Source: Chloroflexota bacterium (lineage in GTDB: Bacteria > Chloroflexota > Dehalococcoidia > Lucifugimonadales > Australimonadaceae). From it: a stretch of 64,000 nucleotides of DNA. This document shows positions 49,645 through 58,843 of the stretch, one piece after another. The position numbers and the translations under genes were made by a program. The number at the start of each line of letters is the position of its first letter. The stretch's first letter is position 1. The notes under the pieces are model-generated. The model did not search any database. It was given only the letters and a program-made list of their open reading frames with translations, and was not told the origin of the DNA. Where the stretch lies: positions 3,344 to 67,343 of the forward strand of contig JADFQE010000001.1 in NCBI GenBank assembly GCA_022561985.1, given 5' to 3'.

Positions 49645-51675
49645 TTGGATCAGTTCACTGGCCCGAAGATACGCAATGTCGTTCTGCTCTCCCACTCAGG
49701 GGCGGGTAAAACGTCGCTCGCCGAGGCGATGCTGTTCGCCTCGAAGGGTATCAGCAGGCTCGGGAGCGTCGGCGACGGCAACACCGTTTCCGATTTCGAC
49801 CCCGAGGAGCAGCGGCGGGAGACCAGCCTCCAGCTCGCGGTCATCCCCTGCGTGTGGAAGGGAACGAAGGTCAACCTCCTCGATACTCCCGGCTACGCTG
49901 ATTTTATCGGCGAGACGGTTTCCGCGCTGCGGGCGGCCGATGCGGCGGTGGTCGTGGTCTCCGCGGCCAGCGGCGTGGAGGTCGGGACGGAGCTTGTCTG
50001 GGAGCGGGTGCGCGAGGCCGGCCTGCCCGTCATCGTGTTCGTGAGCAAGATGGACCGGGAGCACGCCGACTTCGCCGCGGCGCTCGCCCAGATCCGGGCG
50101 AAGCTCGGGAACCGGTGCGCCGCGGTCAACCTCCCCATCGGCGCCGAGGCGTCCTTCAGCGGCGTCGCCGACCTCGTCGCCGGCGACGTTCCGGCGGACG
50201 CACAAGCCGACGCCGGCGCGGCCCGCGACCAGCTCGCCGAGGCGGTGGCCGAGACCGACGACGACCTGACGCTGAAGTTCCTGGAGGAGGAGCGCCTCAG
50301 CGCCGAGGAGATCGCCTCCGGCCTGCGTGCCGGCGTGCGCACCGGCGCCGTGGTCCCCGTGCTCACGGGGTCGTCCATGAACGGCGCGGGCATCGGGGAG
50401 CTGCTCGATGCCATCGTCGATTATCTGCCGGCGCCGACCGACGCTCCGCCGGTCAAGGCGGAGAAGGGCGGCACGGAGGTCGAGCTCACCGCCGACCCGG
50501 CGGGCCCGCTCGCGGCCTTCGTGTTCAAGACCTCGGCCGACCCCTTCGTCGGCAAGCTGTCCTACATCCGCGTCGTGAGCGGCACCCTCGCCTCCAACAG
50601 CGAGGTGTGGGACTCGAAGACGTCGGAGGCCGAGCGCGTGAGCCAGGTCTTCGTCTCCATCGGGAAGCACCAGGAGAACGTGCCGAGCCTCGTGGCTGGA
50701 GACATCGGGAGCGTGGCCAAGCTCTCCCATGCGGTCACCGGCAGCACGCTCACCACCAAGGACGCGGCGATCGCGCTGCCGCCCGTCGAGTTCCCGCCCG
50801 CCGTCTACAACGTGGCGGTCCATCCCAAGTCCAAGGCGGACCACGACAAGCTGTCGGTGTCGCTGGCCCGGCTCATCGAGGAGGACCCGTCGCTGCACCT
50901 CTCGCGGGACCCATCGACGGCCGAGACCATCGTGGCGGGCCTCGGCGACACGCACGTCGAGGTCATGGCCGAGCGGGCGAAGCGCAAGTTCGGCGTCGAG
51001 ATCGAGCTGGCGCCGCCGCGCGTGCCCTATCAGGAGACCGTCAGCAAGGTCACGAAGGCCGAGTACCGGCACAAGAAGCAGTCGGGCGGCCACGGCCAGT
51101 ACGGGCACGTCGTCCTCCGCCTGGAGCCCAACGGCCGCGGCGAAGGGTTCAGCTTCAAGAGCGAGGTGGTCGGCGGCACCGTGCCGCGCGAATACATCCC
51201 CGCGGTGGAGAAGGGCGTGCAGAAGAGGATGGGCGAGGGGGCGCTCGCCGGCTTCCCCATCGTGGACGTGAAGGTGGTGCTGATCGACGGCAGCTCGCAC
51301 GCCGTCGACTCGTCCGGGCAGAGCTTCGAGATCGCGGGGAGCATGGCCATGCGCCAGGGCGTCCTCGACGCCGCGCCGACCCTGCTTGAGCCGATCATGA
51401 AGGTGCACATCACCGCGCCCGAGCAGTTCGCCGGGGCCGTCGTCGGCGACCTCAACACACGCCGCTCCCACATCCAGGGCATGTCGCCGGAGGGCGGCAT
51501 CGCGTACATCGACGCGGAGATGCCGCGGTCCGAGGCGCAGCAGTACTCCACGCAGCTCCGTGCGCTCACGCAGGGCCGTGGTGTGCTCACGATGGAGTTC
51601 GGCCACTACGGCCAGGTGCCGCCGAACCTCGTGGAGCGCATCGTGCAGAGCACGCAGGAAGCCACGAAGGCCTAG
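49645..51675 (+). CDS. elongation factor G paralog (EF-G2-like translational GTPase)
   Basis: 676 aa. G1 SHSGAGKTS, G3 DTPGYADF, G4 SKMD. EF-G domains II to V are recognisable (e.g. KKQSGGHGQYGHV). Confidence 0.9.
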   Translation: MDQFTGPKIRNVVLLSHSGAGKTSLAEAMLFASKGISRLGSVGDGNTVSDFDPEEQRRETSLQLAVIPCVWKGTKVNLLDTPGYADFIGETVSALRAADAAVVVVSAASGVEVGTELVWERVREAGLPVIVFVSKMDREHADFAAALAQIRAKLGNRCAAVNLPIGAEASFSGVADLVAGDVPADAQADAGAARDQLAEAVAETDDDLTLKFLEEERLSAEEIASGLRAGVRTGAVVPVLTGSSMNGAGIGELLDAIVDYLPAPTDAPPVKAEKGGTEVELTADPAGPLAAFVFKTSADPFVGKLSYIRVVSGTLASNSEVWDSKTSEAERVSQVFVSIGKHQENVPSLVAGDIGSVAKLSHAVTGSTLTTKDAAIALPPVEFPPAVYNVAVHPKSKADHDKLSVSLARLIEEDPSLHLSRDPSTAETIVAGLGDTHVEVMAERAKRKFGVEIELAPPRVPYQETVSKVTKAEYRHKKQSGGHGQYGHVVLRLEPNGRGEGFSFKSEVVGGTVPREYIPAVEKGVQKRMGEGALAGFPIVDVKVVLIDGSSHAVDSSGQSFEIAGSMAMRQGVLDAAPTLLEPIMKVHITAPEQFAGAVVGDLNTRRSHIQGMSPEGGIAYIDAEMPRSEAQQYSTQLRALTQGRGVLTMEFGHYGQVPPNLVERIVQSTQEATKA

Positions 51676-51707
51676 ACGTCGCCCCGCGCGTATCGCCGAG
51701 GCACAGC

Positions 51708-51736
51708 GGAAGGGGCGCGACTATCGCGCCCCTTCC
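51708..51736. terminator. bidirectional intrinsic-terminator hairpin
   Basis: Perfect 13-bp stem GGAAGGGGCGCGA/TCGCGCCCCTTCC with a 3-nt loop, followed by GTTGCGTTCTT. It lies between convergent genes. Confidence 0.7.
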
Positions 51737-51769
51737 GTTGCGTTCTTGGGCGTTGAGCCGGTGTCCGGC

Positions 51770-52216
51770 CTAGTTGCCGGTGCGGGACCAGAGGGTGTGG
51801 TAGGGGCCCTGACCCTGGATCATCGCCACCAGGGAGCGCCGCTCCCACTGGCGGAGCTCGCCGAGCGCGCCGGCGCACTGCTCCTCCGTGCCCTCGAACC
51901 CGGATGCGTTCATCCGGCGCTCGAGCAGCTCCCACGCGCGGGAGGCGGAGAAGGCCTCGACGGACCCGGTCCACGGGATGACGGAGAGCTCGCGTGCGCG
52001 TGGCAGGTCCGGGCGGGCGCGGTTCACGTGCCGGAGCCTGCGCTCGCCGGAGCCCAGCGGCGCCGAGACGGCGATACGAGGCGGATCGTCGGGCGCCGAC
52101 CGGCTGTCGTAGACGAGACACTGGTCGATGATGGGCAGGATCACGCAGACGACCTCGGCCGTCTCCGCGCCATCGAGGGCTTCCGTCATCTCGCGGTCGT
52201 AGTCGTGCTCAGCCAT
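51770..52216 (-). CDS. hypothetical protein (148 aa)
   Basis: ATG 52216 has AGGAGG 8 nt upstream. Protein-like composition (MAEHDYDREMTEALDG...). No family recognised. Confidence 0.6.
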   Translation of the reverse strand: MAEHDYDREMTEALDGAETAEVVCVILPIIDQCLVYDSRSAPDDPPRIAVSAPLGSGERRLRHVNRARPDLPRARELSVIPWTGSVEAFSASRAWELLERRMNASGFEGTEEQCAGALGELRQWERRSLVAMIQGQGPYHTLWSRTGN

Positions 52217-52243
52217 GACGCAGCACCTCCTGCCCATCTAGTC

Positions 52244-52340
52244 TAGCAGTTCATGCCTCTCGCGGGAGCGCGAAGCTCCTCCGGGAAGCTTCACCTTGGC
52301 TCCACGTCGGAGGAGTAGTGGTGTGGCATGGCTGGTCATC
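52244..52340. repeat. decayed copy of the etfA 3' region (copy A)
   Basis: TAGCAGTTCATGCCTCTCGCG is identical to 53420-53440. The following ~90 nt align by eye with 53441-53530 and, more weakly, with etfA codons around DWAKVLPAF. Confidence 0.6.
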
Positions 52341-52639
52341 GCCAGGTGCGGGCAGTGGGATCGTCGGCCCCGACGTCAGCGGCGGCCCGATCGCTCATCG
52401 CCCGATAGAGCCGCCGTGGTGCCGACCGCGGGTGTACTCGGGCTGGCGGAGCTACGCAACAGGACCGTCTACGTTGGCGCATTGCCGAACAGGCGCGGTG
52501 TTCGGGTGTACGCGCAACCCCCGCCATTCATGACGGAACGTGAGCTTGTGAACCACTTGCGGTTACGCTATCGTGCACTGGCTGCGGCTGCCGGACGGCA
52601 TCGCGCATGTGCCCCGTTCACTGGTGTGAAGAGTCCATC

Positions 52640-53422
52640 ATGACAGTGACGCCCTCCGACGCGCTCAACACGGCCCTCTACAAGCTAACGGGCTACCGCC
52701 TCACACAGGCTGCCCCGCACGCGCTGACTGACACCGGTGTTGGCGTGCCGTGGCTGCGGTCCTACCTGTACCTGGCAGACCTCTTGGACGGGGCTCCGGA
52801 TGGCGGCGCCATCGTGGAGTGTGGCGTTGCCACCGGCGGCACCCTGGCGATGCTTGTCGATCTGAGCCAACTTCGTCGGGTTGCCATGGGACGCGATGGG
52901 AACGTCTACGGGTTCGACTCTTGGGCTGGCCACATGCCCTCACCAACAGTCGCCGACTTCGACGGGTCGGGGGACAACAAGGCTTCCTGGTACGAGCCGC
53001 CGAAGGGCGGCAAAGAAGCCGTGCTGGCGAACCTAAAGAACTGGGGCTACGAGTCTCGGCATGTGACTCTCGTGCAAGGCTGGTTCGAGGACACGATGGA
53101 CCAGCTCCCCGACCGCATCTCGTTCCTGCACATCGACGCTGACCTCTACGAGAGCTACCGCACGGTGCTCCGAGCGGCAACGCCCAAGCTTGTCCCTGGC
53201 GCGATCATTGCACTGGATGAGTACGAGCGCCCAAAGGAATGGCCAGGGGCGCGCCGCGCCGTTGACGAATGGCTGGCCGAGAACCCAGAGGGGTACGAGA
53301 TCACACAGCACCCCCACGGCAAGTTCTACATCACATGCGGGCGCGAGTTGGTACCCGGCGATGTCCCTGAGGATGCCAGCGAACGGGCGGGGCTAACCCG
53401 GCTGCCCAGTGGAGCCGGATAG
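52640..53422 (+). CDS. TylF/MycF-type class I SAM-dependent O-methyltransferase
   Basis: GAIVECGVATGG (SAM motif I), SFLHIDADLYESY and ALDEY are TylF-family blocks. The start is ATG 52640 or 52607. The last 9 codons are antisense to a pseudo-etfA tail. Confidence 0.7.
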   Translation: MTVTPSDALNTALYKLTGYRLTQAAPHALTDTGVGVPWLRSYLYLADLLDGAPDGGAIVECGVATGGTLAMLVDLSQLRRVAMGRDGNVYGFDSWAGHMPSPTVADFDGSGDNKASWYEPPKGGKEAVLANLKNWGYESRHVTLVQGWFEDTMDQLPDRISFLHIDADLYESYRTVLRAATPKLVPGAIIALDEYERPKEWPGARRAVDEWLAENPEGYEITQHPHGKFYITCGRELVPGDVPEDASERAGLTRLPSGAG

Positions 53423-53530
53423 CAGTTCATGCCTCTCGCGTGAGCACCAAGGTCCACTCGCAGGCTCCATGTTGAGCGCTACGTCGGGGGAAGCGATATG
53501 GCTTGGTCACAGCCATTGCCCAGGGCGGGC
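53393..53530. repeat. decayed copy of the etfA 3' end (copy B)
   Basis: 53393-53432 is 35/40 identical to 54214-54253 (the etfA stop plus the last 12 codons). On the minus strand it still reads HELLSGSTGQPG*. Confidence 0.75.
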
Positions 53531-53564
53531 AGGACGCTGGGCCAGCCTAGTGAGATCGCGAGGG

Positions 53565-53933
53565 TCACGCTCTTAAAACCACGAGGGACGTGAACATCCT
53601 CTGCGCGGCGATGACCGTGACCAGCCACCCGGTGAAGGCGACTGTCTCGAGTAGGGAGCCGTAGAGCACAACGGTCGGGATCCACTCCCACGGCGATGCC
53701 CCATACGCTTGTGCTGCGGCAGCACTCAGAGCGAGCAGGGAGCAGGACGCGGAGCCTATGACCACCACAGCCAGCACGCGGGCCGAGCCGTAATACGCTG
53801 CCTGTCCCTCCGGCCCCCGAGCCTGGCGCAACCTGTACCCCGCTATGACCAGCCCGAGCACCACCATGAGAAGGGCGGTCAACGCGAGGGAGACCGTGAG
53901 CAGGTCAGCAGGTCGAGTTGCCAGCTCCTTCAT
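53565..53933 (-). CDS. hypothetical small membrane protein (about 3 TM)
   Basis: 122 aa from MKELATRPADLL, with three hydrophobic helices. The track ORF is longer (to 54089), but its N-terminus looks non-coding. Confidence 0.45.
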   Translation of the reverse strand: MKELATRPADLLTVSLALTALLMVVLGLVIAGYRLRQARGPEGQAAYYGSARVLAVVVIGSASCSLLALSAAAAQAYGASPWEWIPTVVLYGSLLETVAFTGWLVTVIAAQRMFTSLVVLRA

Positions 53934-54213
53934 CGCTTGAGCCCAGCTCGATAGCGTGATCACACATCTCCTGTCGCGGAACTCGCCCTTGAAACAGCCA
54001 GTCTCGGCCGGCGTGCGCAGTGGATGAGAACCCCACCATCGACCTATCGACCGCCGCAGTTGGCCTCCGACGCGCAGCGCTACCGCCACGGCACGTTAGT
54101 GCCTCCGCGGCGTAGTCGCTATGTACGTTCGTACGACGTGGCGGGTACTTCGCACACCGGGTTTCGCAAGACCCGTGGGGGCAGGCGATGGGCGTTGTGG
54201 TGCGGGGGTGGAG

Positions 54214-55218
54214 CTAGCCGGGCTGCCGAGTGGAGCCGGAGAGCAGCTCATGCAACTGCTCGGTGAACGCGGGCAGCACCTTGGCCCAGTCGCCGATGAC
54301 GCCGAAGCGGGCGTCCTTGAAGATGTTGGCGCCCGCGTCCTTGTTGATCGCAACGATCGCCTTGGCGTTGGCGCAGCCCGCCATGTGCTGGCTGGCGCCC
54401 GAGATGCCGACGGCGATGTACAGCTCCGGCGTGACCGTCTTGCCCGTCAACCCCACCTGGTAGCTCGTCGGCACCCACCCGGCGTCGCAGGCGGCGCGGG
54501 AGGCGCCCACGGCGCCGCCCAGCAGCGTGGCGAGCTCCGCGAGCTGCTCGAAGGGCTCGGGGCCGCCGAGGCCCCTGCCCCCGCTCACGATCACGCGCGC
54601 GTCCTCCAGCCGCAGGCCGCTCGCCGCCTGCTCGACGCGCTCGATCGACCGCGTCCGCACGGTCGCCTCGTCGATGGCCGCATCGACCGCGACGACCTCG
54701 CCGGTGCGCGTCGCGTCGGCCTCCAGCGCGTCGACGGTGCCGGGGCGGAGCGACGCCACCGCCGGCGTGCCGAGGCAGCGCACCGTCGCATCGGCGTTCC
54801 CGCCGTAGGTGGGCCGCGTCGCGAGCAGGCGGCCGTCGCCGTCCAGGGCAAGTGCCGTGCAGTCCGACGCGAGCGCCGTGCCCAGGCGGAAGGCCAGCCG
54901 GGGCATGACGTCGCGGCCGAGGAGCGTCTTCGCGCCGAGGACGATGCGCGGCCCGGCCGCTGCGACGGCGGCCGCTGCCGCCGCGACGACCGCATCGGGC
55001 GCGGCGTCGGCGAGCAACGCGCTCTCGATCGCGTAGACGGCGTCGGCGCCTGACGCGATGGCGGTCTGGGCGGCGTTGCCCACGCTCTCGCCCGCGAGCA
55101 TCACGCCGACCGGCCCGCCGCCCAGGGCGCGCGCGGCCGCGATGGCTTCGAGCGTGGCCGGCGCCGGAGCGCCGTCCACCAGCTCGCCGATCACGAGGAT
55201 GGAGGTGGGGTCGGGCAT
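54214..55218 (-). CDS. etfA: electron transfer flavoprotein alpha subunit
   Basis: 334 aa from MPDPTSILVIGE. Motifs GGRGLG, ELYIAVGISGASQHMAG and IVAINKDAGANIF. Confidence 0.9.
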   Translation of the reverse strand: MPDPTSILVIGELVDGAPAPATLEAIAAARALGGGPVGVMLAGESVGNAAQTAIASGADAVYAIESALLADAAPDAVVAAAAAAVAAAGPRIVLGAKTLLGRDVMPRLAFRLGTALASDCTALALDGDGRLLATRPTYGGNADATVRCLGTPAVASLRPGTVDALEADATRTGEVVAVDAAIDEATVRTRSIERVEQAASGLRLEDARVIVSGGRGLGGPEPFEQLAELATLLGGAVGASRAACDAGWVPTSYQVGLTGKTVTPELYIAVGISGASQHMAGCANAKAIVAINKDAGANIFKDARFGVIGDWAKVLPAFTEQLHELLSGSTRQPG

Positions 55219-55223
55219 CGCCA

Positions 55224-56003
55224 CTACACCAGATGCTCTTCGCGGAGCCGCAGCGCCAGCTTGCGCCCTGCGTCCGCGTCGTCGTCGCCGGTGATCATCT
55301 CGGTCTCCACGCGCCGCTCCGGCGCCGCGAGCGACACCAGCTCGAAGGCTGGCGCCACCTCCGTGGGCTCGATGCCGAGGTCCGCGGCCGACCACACCGC
55401 CGGCTGGATGCGCCGCGCCCCCATGATGCCGCGCATGTTCGGATACCGCGGTGCGCCCAGCTCGTTCGAGACCGTCACCACGGCCGGGAGGGCAGCCTCC
55501 ACGAGCTCGTGGCCGTCGGGGAGCACGCGCTGGACGCGCACGGTCGTGCCGTCGACCTCCACGTGCTTGGCGATGGTGGCGATGGGCCAGCCGAGCGCCT
55601 CCGCGATCCCCGCGGGGACCTGGGCGTTGTCCCAGTCGCTCGCCTGGCGCCCCGCGAGCACGAGGTCGACGTCGCCGAGCTTGCGGATGGCCGCGACCAG
55701 CGCCGCGACCGTCAGCATCGGGTCGATCACGTTCTCGAAGGCGGGGTCCTGGAGCAGCACGAGGTCGTCCGCGCCCATGGCGAGCGGCTTCTTGATGACG
55801 TCGAGCGCGAAGTCGGTGCCGTAGGACAGCACGGTGACGTGCGTGCCGTCGACGGCCTCCTTGATGCGCAGCGCGGCCTCGACGGCCTGCTCGTCGAAGC
55901 CGTTGATGACGGGCGCCATGTTGGATGCGGCGGCCACCCGGTCGTCCTCGATCCGGAATGCGGACAGCGGTGTCTCGGGATCGAGCACCTGCTTGGCCGT
56001 CAC
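55224..56003 (-). CDS. etfB: electron transfer flavoprotein beta subunit
   Basis: Motifs VINGFDEQAVEAALRIKE and DLVLAGRQASDWDNAQV. The first canonical start (GTG 56003) removes the conserved first beta-strand HIVV. ATC 56021 has GAGG 7 nt upstream (see findings). Confidence 0.9.
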   Translation of the reverse strand: MTAKQVLDPETPLSAFRIEDDRVAAASNMAPVINGFDEQAVEAALRIKEAVDGTHVTVLSYGTDFALDVIKKPLAMGADDLVLLQDPAFENVIDPMLTVAALVAAIRKLGDVDLVLAGRQASDWDNAQVPAGIAEALGWPIATIAKHVEVDGTTVRVQRVLPDGHELVEAALPAVVTVSNELGAPRYPNMRGIMGARRIQPAVWSAADLGIEPTEVAPAFELVSLAAPERRVETEMITGDDDADAGRKLALRLREEHLV

Positions 56004-56163
56004 GACGATGTGGAGCGCGATGGGACGGCCTCGCGAGAGAGAGTAGGTGCCCGGCGCCCGGCGGGGCGAGCCGAGGCACGAGCAGATGCTAGCACGGCGG
56101 GGCTGTGCGCTGGCAGCGGGCCGGTAGGATGACAGCGCTCGTCGTGCTCCGTCGGCGCTACCG

Positions 56164-56188
56164 GATGTGGGTGCAGGGCTGTGCCCTG
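56164..56188 (+). repeat. REP-like palindromic element, forward orientation
   Basis: GATGTGGGTGCAGGGCTGTGCCCTG lies 8 nt upstream of TAGAAT (56197-56202). Confidence 0.6.
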
Positions 56189-56233
56189 CGCCCTGCTAGA
56201 ATCCGGACGAATCTGTGGTGTTTGGGGCCCTTC

Positions 56234-58828
56234 TTGCTGCCCATCAGTCTGACCCTTCGTAATTTCCTCTCCTACCGTGACGCCGCGCCCACGCTGCGCC
56301 TCGAAGACGTGCACCTCGTGTGCCTCTGCGGGCCGAACGGCCACGGCAAGTCGGCGCTGCTCGATGCCATCACCTGGGTGCTGTGGGGCAACGCGCGCGG
56401 GCTTCGCGGGCGGCATGGGCCGCTGCTGCACCACGGCCAGGACGAGATGTTCGTCGAGCTCGAATTCGACGTCCGCGACGAGCGTTACCGTGTCACCCGG
56501 CGCTACTCCCAGGCCCGGCGCTCCCCCCAGAGCTCGCTGGAGCTTGCCGTGCGCTCGGGCGACGACTACCAGCCGATCACGGGCGACACCATCGACCAGA
56601 CCCAGGCCCACATCATCCGCATCATCAACATGGACTACGACACCTTCGTGAACAGCGCGTTCCTGGTCCAGGGCCGCGCCGATCAGTTCACCATGTCCAC
56701 GCCGGCCGCGCGCAAGGAGGTCCTGTCGCGGGTGCTCGGCCTCGGGCTCTACGACCGCCTGGAGGAGCGCGCGAAGCTCCGCTCGCGGGAGCTCCAAGCC
56801 GTGCTGTCCTCGACCGCCGGCACCATGGACGTCCTCCGGGAGCGCGCGGCGCAGGCTGAGGGCCTCCGCGAGGAGCTTGCCGAGGCCGGCCGTGAGCTCG
56901 CGGCGGCGGCCGAAGCGGCCGCGTCTGCCGCCGAGCGCCTGAGCCTCCTGCGTGCCCGCGTCGAGCAGCTTGAGCGCTGGCGGGAGGAGGCAACGGGACT
57001 GGACGAGCAGGCCCGTCGCGTCGCGGCCCGGCAGCGTGAGGCCGCGGCGGACGCCGAGACCATCGAGCGGCGCGTCGGCGAGTGGCGCTCGGCGCTCTCC
57101 GACGCGGCCGGGATCGAGGCGGGCGTCGCGGCGCTCGAGCGGGCGCGCGAGCAGTACCGGGCGGTGAGCACGGCCGCGCAGCAGGTGGCCACGCTCCAGC
57201 GGGAGCTCGCGCCGCTGGACGAGGCGGTCATCACGGCGCGGGCGGGGTTCGAAAGCGACGCCGCCGCCCAGAACCACCACATCTCCCACGAGCTTGCGCC
57301 GCGTGCCGACGCGCTCCCGGCGGTCGAGCAGCGCCGCACCGAGGTCGCGAGCGAGACCGAGGCGCTGGCCGCGTCCTCGGCCGACGCGGAGAAGGCGGAG
57401 GAGGAGCACCGGCGCTTGAGCCTCGAAGCACGGCAGCTTGAGCAGGCCAACGCGCTGCTGGCGGAGCAGGGCAAGGAGACGAAGGCCAAGCTGGACCTGC
57501 TCGATCACGGCCACGAGGAAGGGGTGCCGTGCCCGCTCTGCGGGACCGCGCTGGGCGAGGCGTCGCTGGAGCGTATCCAGACGGCCTACCGCGAGGAGAT
57601 CGAGGAGCAGCGCACCCGCTTCGGCGTGCAGCAGACCAGGGTGAAGGTCCTCGACAAGCAGGCTGAGGACCTCGCCGTTCTTGCCGCGAAGGCCAGGCAG
57701 GCGCTCGATGCGAGCCGTCGTGAGCTCGATGTGGAGCGCGTGGCGCTCGATCTGCGCCTCGATGAGTCTCGGCGGGCCGCCGCGCAGATCGAGGGTGCGC
57801 GCCGCGTCCTGGCCGAGGCCGAGGCCGCTCTGGCGAGCGGGGCGTACGCCGCCGGGGAGCAGGCCGCCGCGAAGGCGCTGCGCGAGCGCATCGCCGCGCT
57901 CGCCTACGACGCCCACGCGTTCGAGGCCGCCGAGGCCCAGGTGACGGAGCTGACGCCGTGGGAGACGCGCGCCCAAGCGCTGGTGCAGGCCAGGACCCGT
58001 CTGGACGAGGATGCGGTGGCGCTCGATGGCGCGAAGCGGCGCGTTGCCGAGGCCGACGAGGAGCTCGCCCGCGTGGGGGCGCAGCAGCAGGCGATCGCGG
58101 CGGACCTCAAGGGGCTGCCGGGCGCGCGGGAGGAGCGCGACGTGGCGCAGACCGTGGCGAGCGCCGCCGAGCCCCGGCGGGACGAGGCGCGTGCGGCCCA
58201 GGCCGCGCTCGCGTACCGGCTGGATGAGGCGGAGGCCGCTGGGACGGAGCTCACGAAGCAGGAAACGGCGCACCGGGACCTCGTCCAGGAGGCGGGCGTC
58301 TACAGCGAGCTGGCGCTGGCGTTCGGGAAGGGCGGCGTGCAGGCGCTGCTGATCGAGGCGGCGATCCCACGGCTTGAGGACGAGGCGAACGAGCTGCTGA
58401 AGCGCATGACGAATGGGGAGATGACGCTCAAGATCGAGACGCAGCGCGCGCGGCGCACGGGCCCCGGCGCCGATGGGTCGGACGCGGTCGAGACGCTGGA
58501 CATCCAGATCGCGGACGGGCTCGGCACGCGGGCGTATGAGATGTTCAGCGGTGGCGAGCGTTTCCGCATCGACTTCGCGATCCGCATCGCACTCAGCAAG
58601 CTGCTGGCGTGGCGCGCCGGCGCCCCGCTGCCCACGCTGTTCATCGACGAGGGGTTCGGGACGCAGGACGCGGAGGGCCGTGACCGCATCCTGGACGTGA
58701 TCAGGGCGATCCAGGACCGCTTCGAGCGCATCTTGGTCATCACGCACATGGAGGAGATGAAGGACGCGTTCCCGCTGCGCATCGAGGTATCGCGCACCGC
58801 GGAGGGCTCGACCTTCACGATGTCGTAA
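56234..58828 (+). CDS. sbcC: SbcC/Rad50-family SMC-like ATPase with CxxC zinc hook
   Basis: TTG 56234 gives (M)LPISLTLRNFLSY. Walker A GPNGHGKSAL, long Ala/Glu/Arg coiled coil, central hook VPCPLCG, signature FSGGERF, Walker B LFIDEGFG, H-loop VITH. Confidence 0.85.
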   Translation: MLPISLTLRNFLSYRDAAPTLRLEDVHLVCLCGPNGHGKSALLDAITWVLWGNARGLRGRHGPLLHHGQDEMFVELEFDVRDERYRVTRRYSQARRSPQSSLELAVRSGDDYQPITGDTIDQTQAHIIRIINMDYDTFVNSAFLVQGRADQFTMSTPAARKEVLSRVLGLGLYDRLEERAKLRSRELQAVLSSTAGTMDVLRERAAQAEGLREELAEAGRELAAAAEAAASAAERLSLLRARVEQLERWREEATGLDEQARRVAARQREAAADAETIERRVGEWRSALSDAAGIEAGVAALERAREQYRAVSTAAQQVATLQRELAPLDEAVITARAGFESDAAAQNHHISHELAPRADALPAVEQRRTEVASETEALAASSADAEKAEEEHRRLSLEARQLEQANALLAEQGKETKAKLDLLDHGHEEGVPCPLCGTALGEASLERIQTAYREEIEEQRTRFGVQQTRVKVLDKQAEDLAVLAAKARQALDASRRELDVERVALDLRLDESRRAAAQIEGARRVLAEAEAALASGAYAAGEQAAAKALRERIAALAYDAHAFEAAEAQVTELTPWETRAQALVQARTRLDEDAVALDGAKRRVAEADEELARVGAQQQAIAADLKGLPGAREERDVAQTVASAAEPRRDEARAAQAALAYRLDEAEAAGTELTKQETAHRDLVQEAGVYSELALAFGKGGVQALLIEAAIPRLEDEANELLKRMTNGEMTLKIETQRARRTGPGADGSDAVETLDIQIADGLGTRAYEMFSGGERFRIDFAIRIALSKLLAWRAGAPLPTLFIDEGFGTQDAEGRDRILDVIRAIQDRFERILVITHMEEMKDAFPLRIEVSRTAEGSTFTMS

Positions 58829-58843
58829 GGGGAGGAGTTTCGC

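Noticed and set aside
49645-51675. The EF-G-like GTPase as SelB, the selenocysteine elongation factor that would support the candidate selenoprotein.
   Set aside because: The domain order and motifs (G domain plus EF-G domains II to V, KKQSGGHGQYGHV) are those of EF-G, not SelB. SelB lacks domains IV and V and has winged-helix C-terminal domains. The Sec machinery must be sought outside the window.
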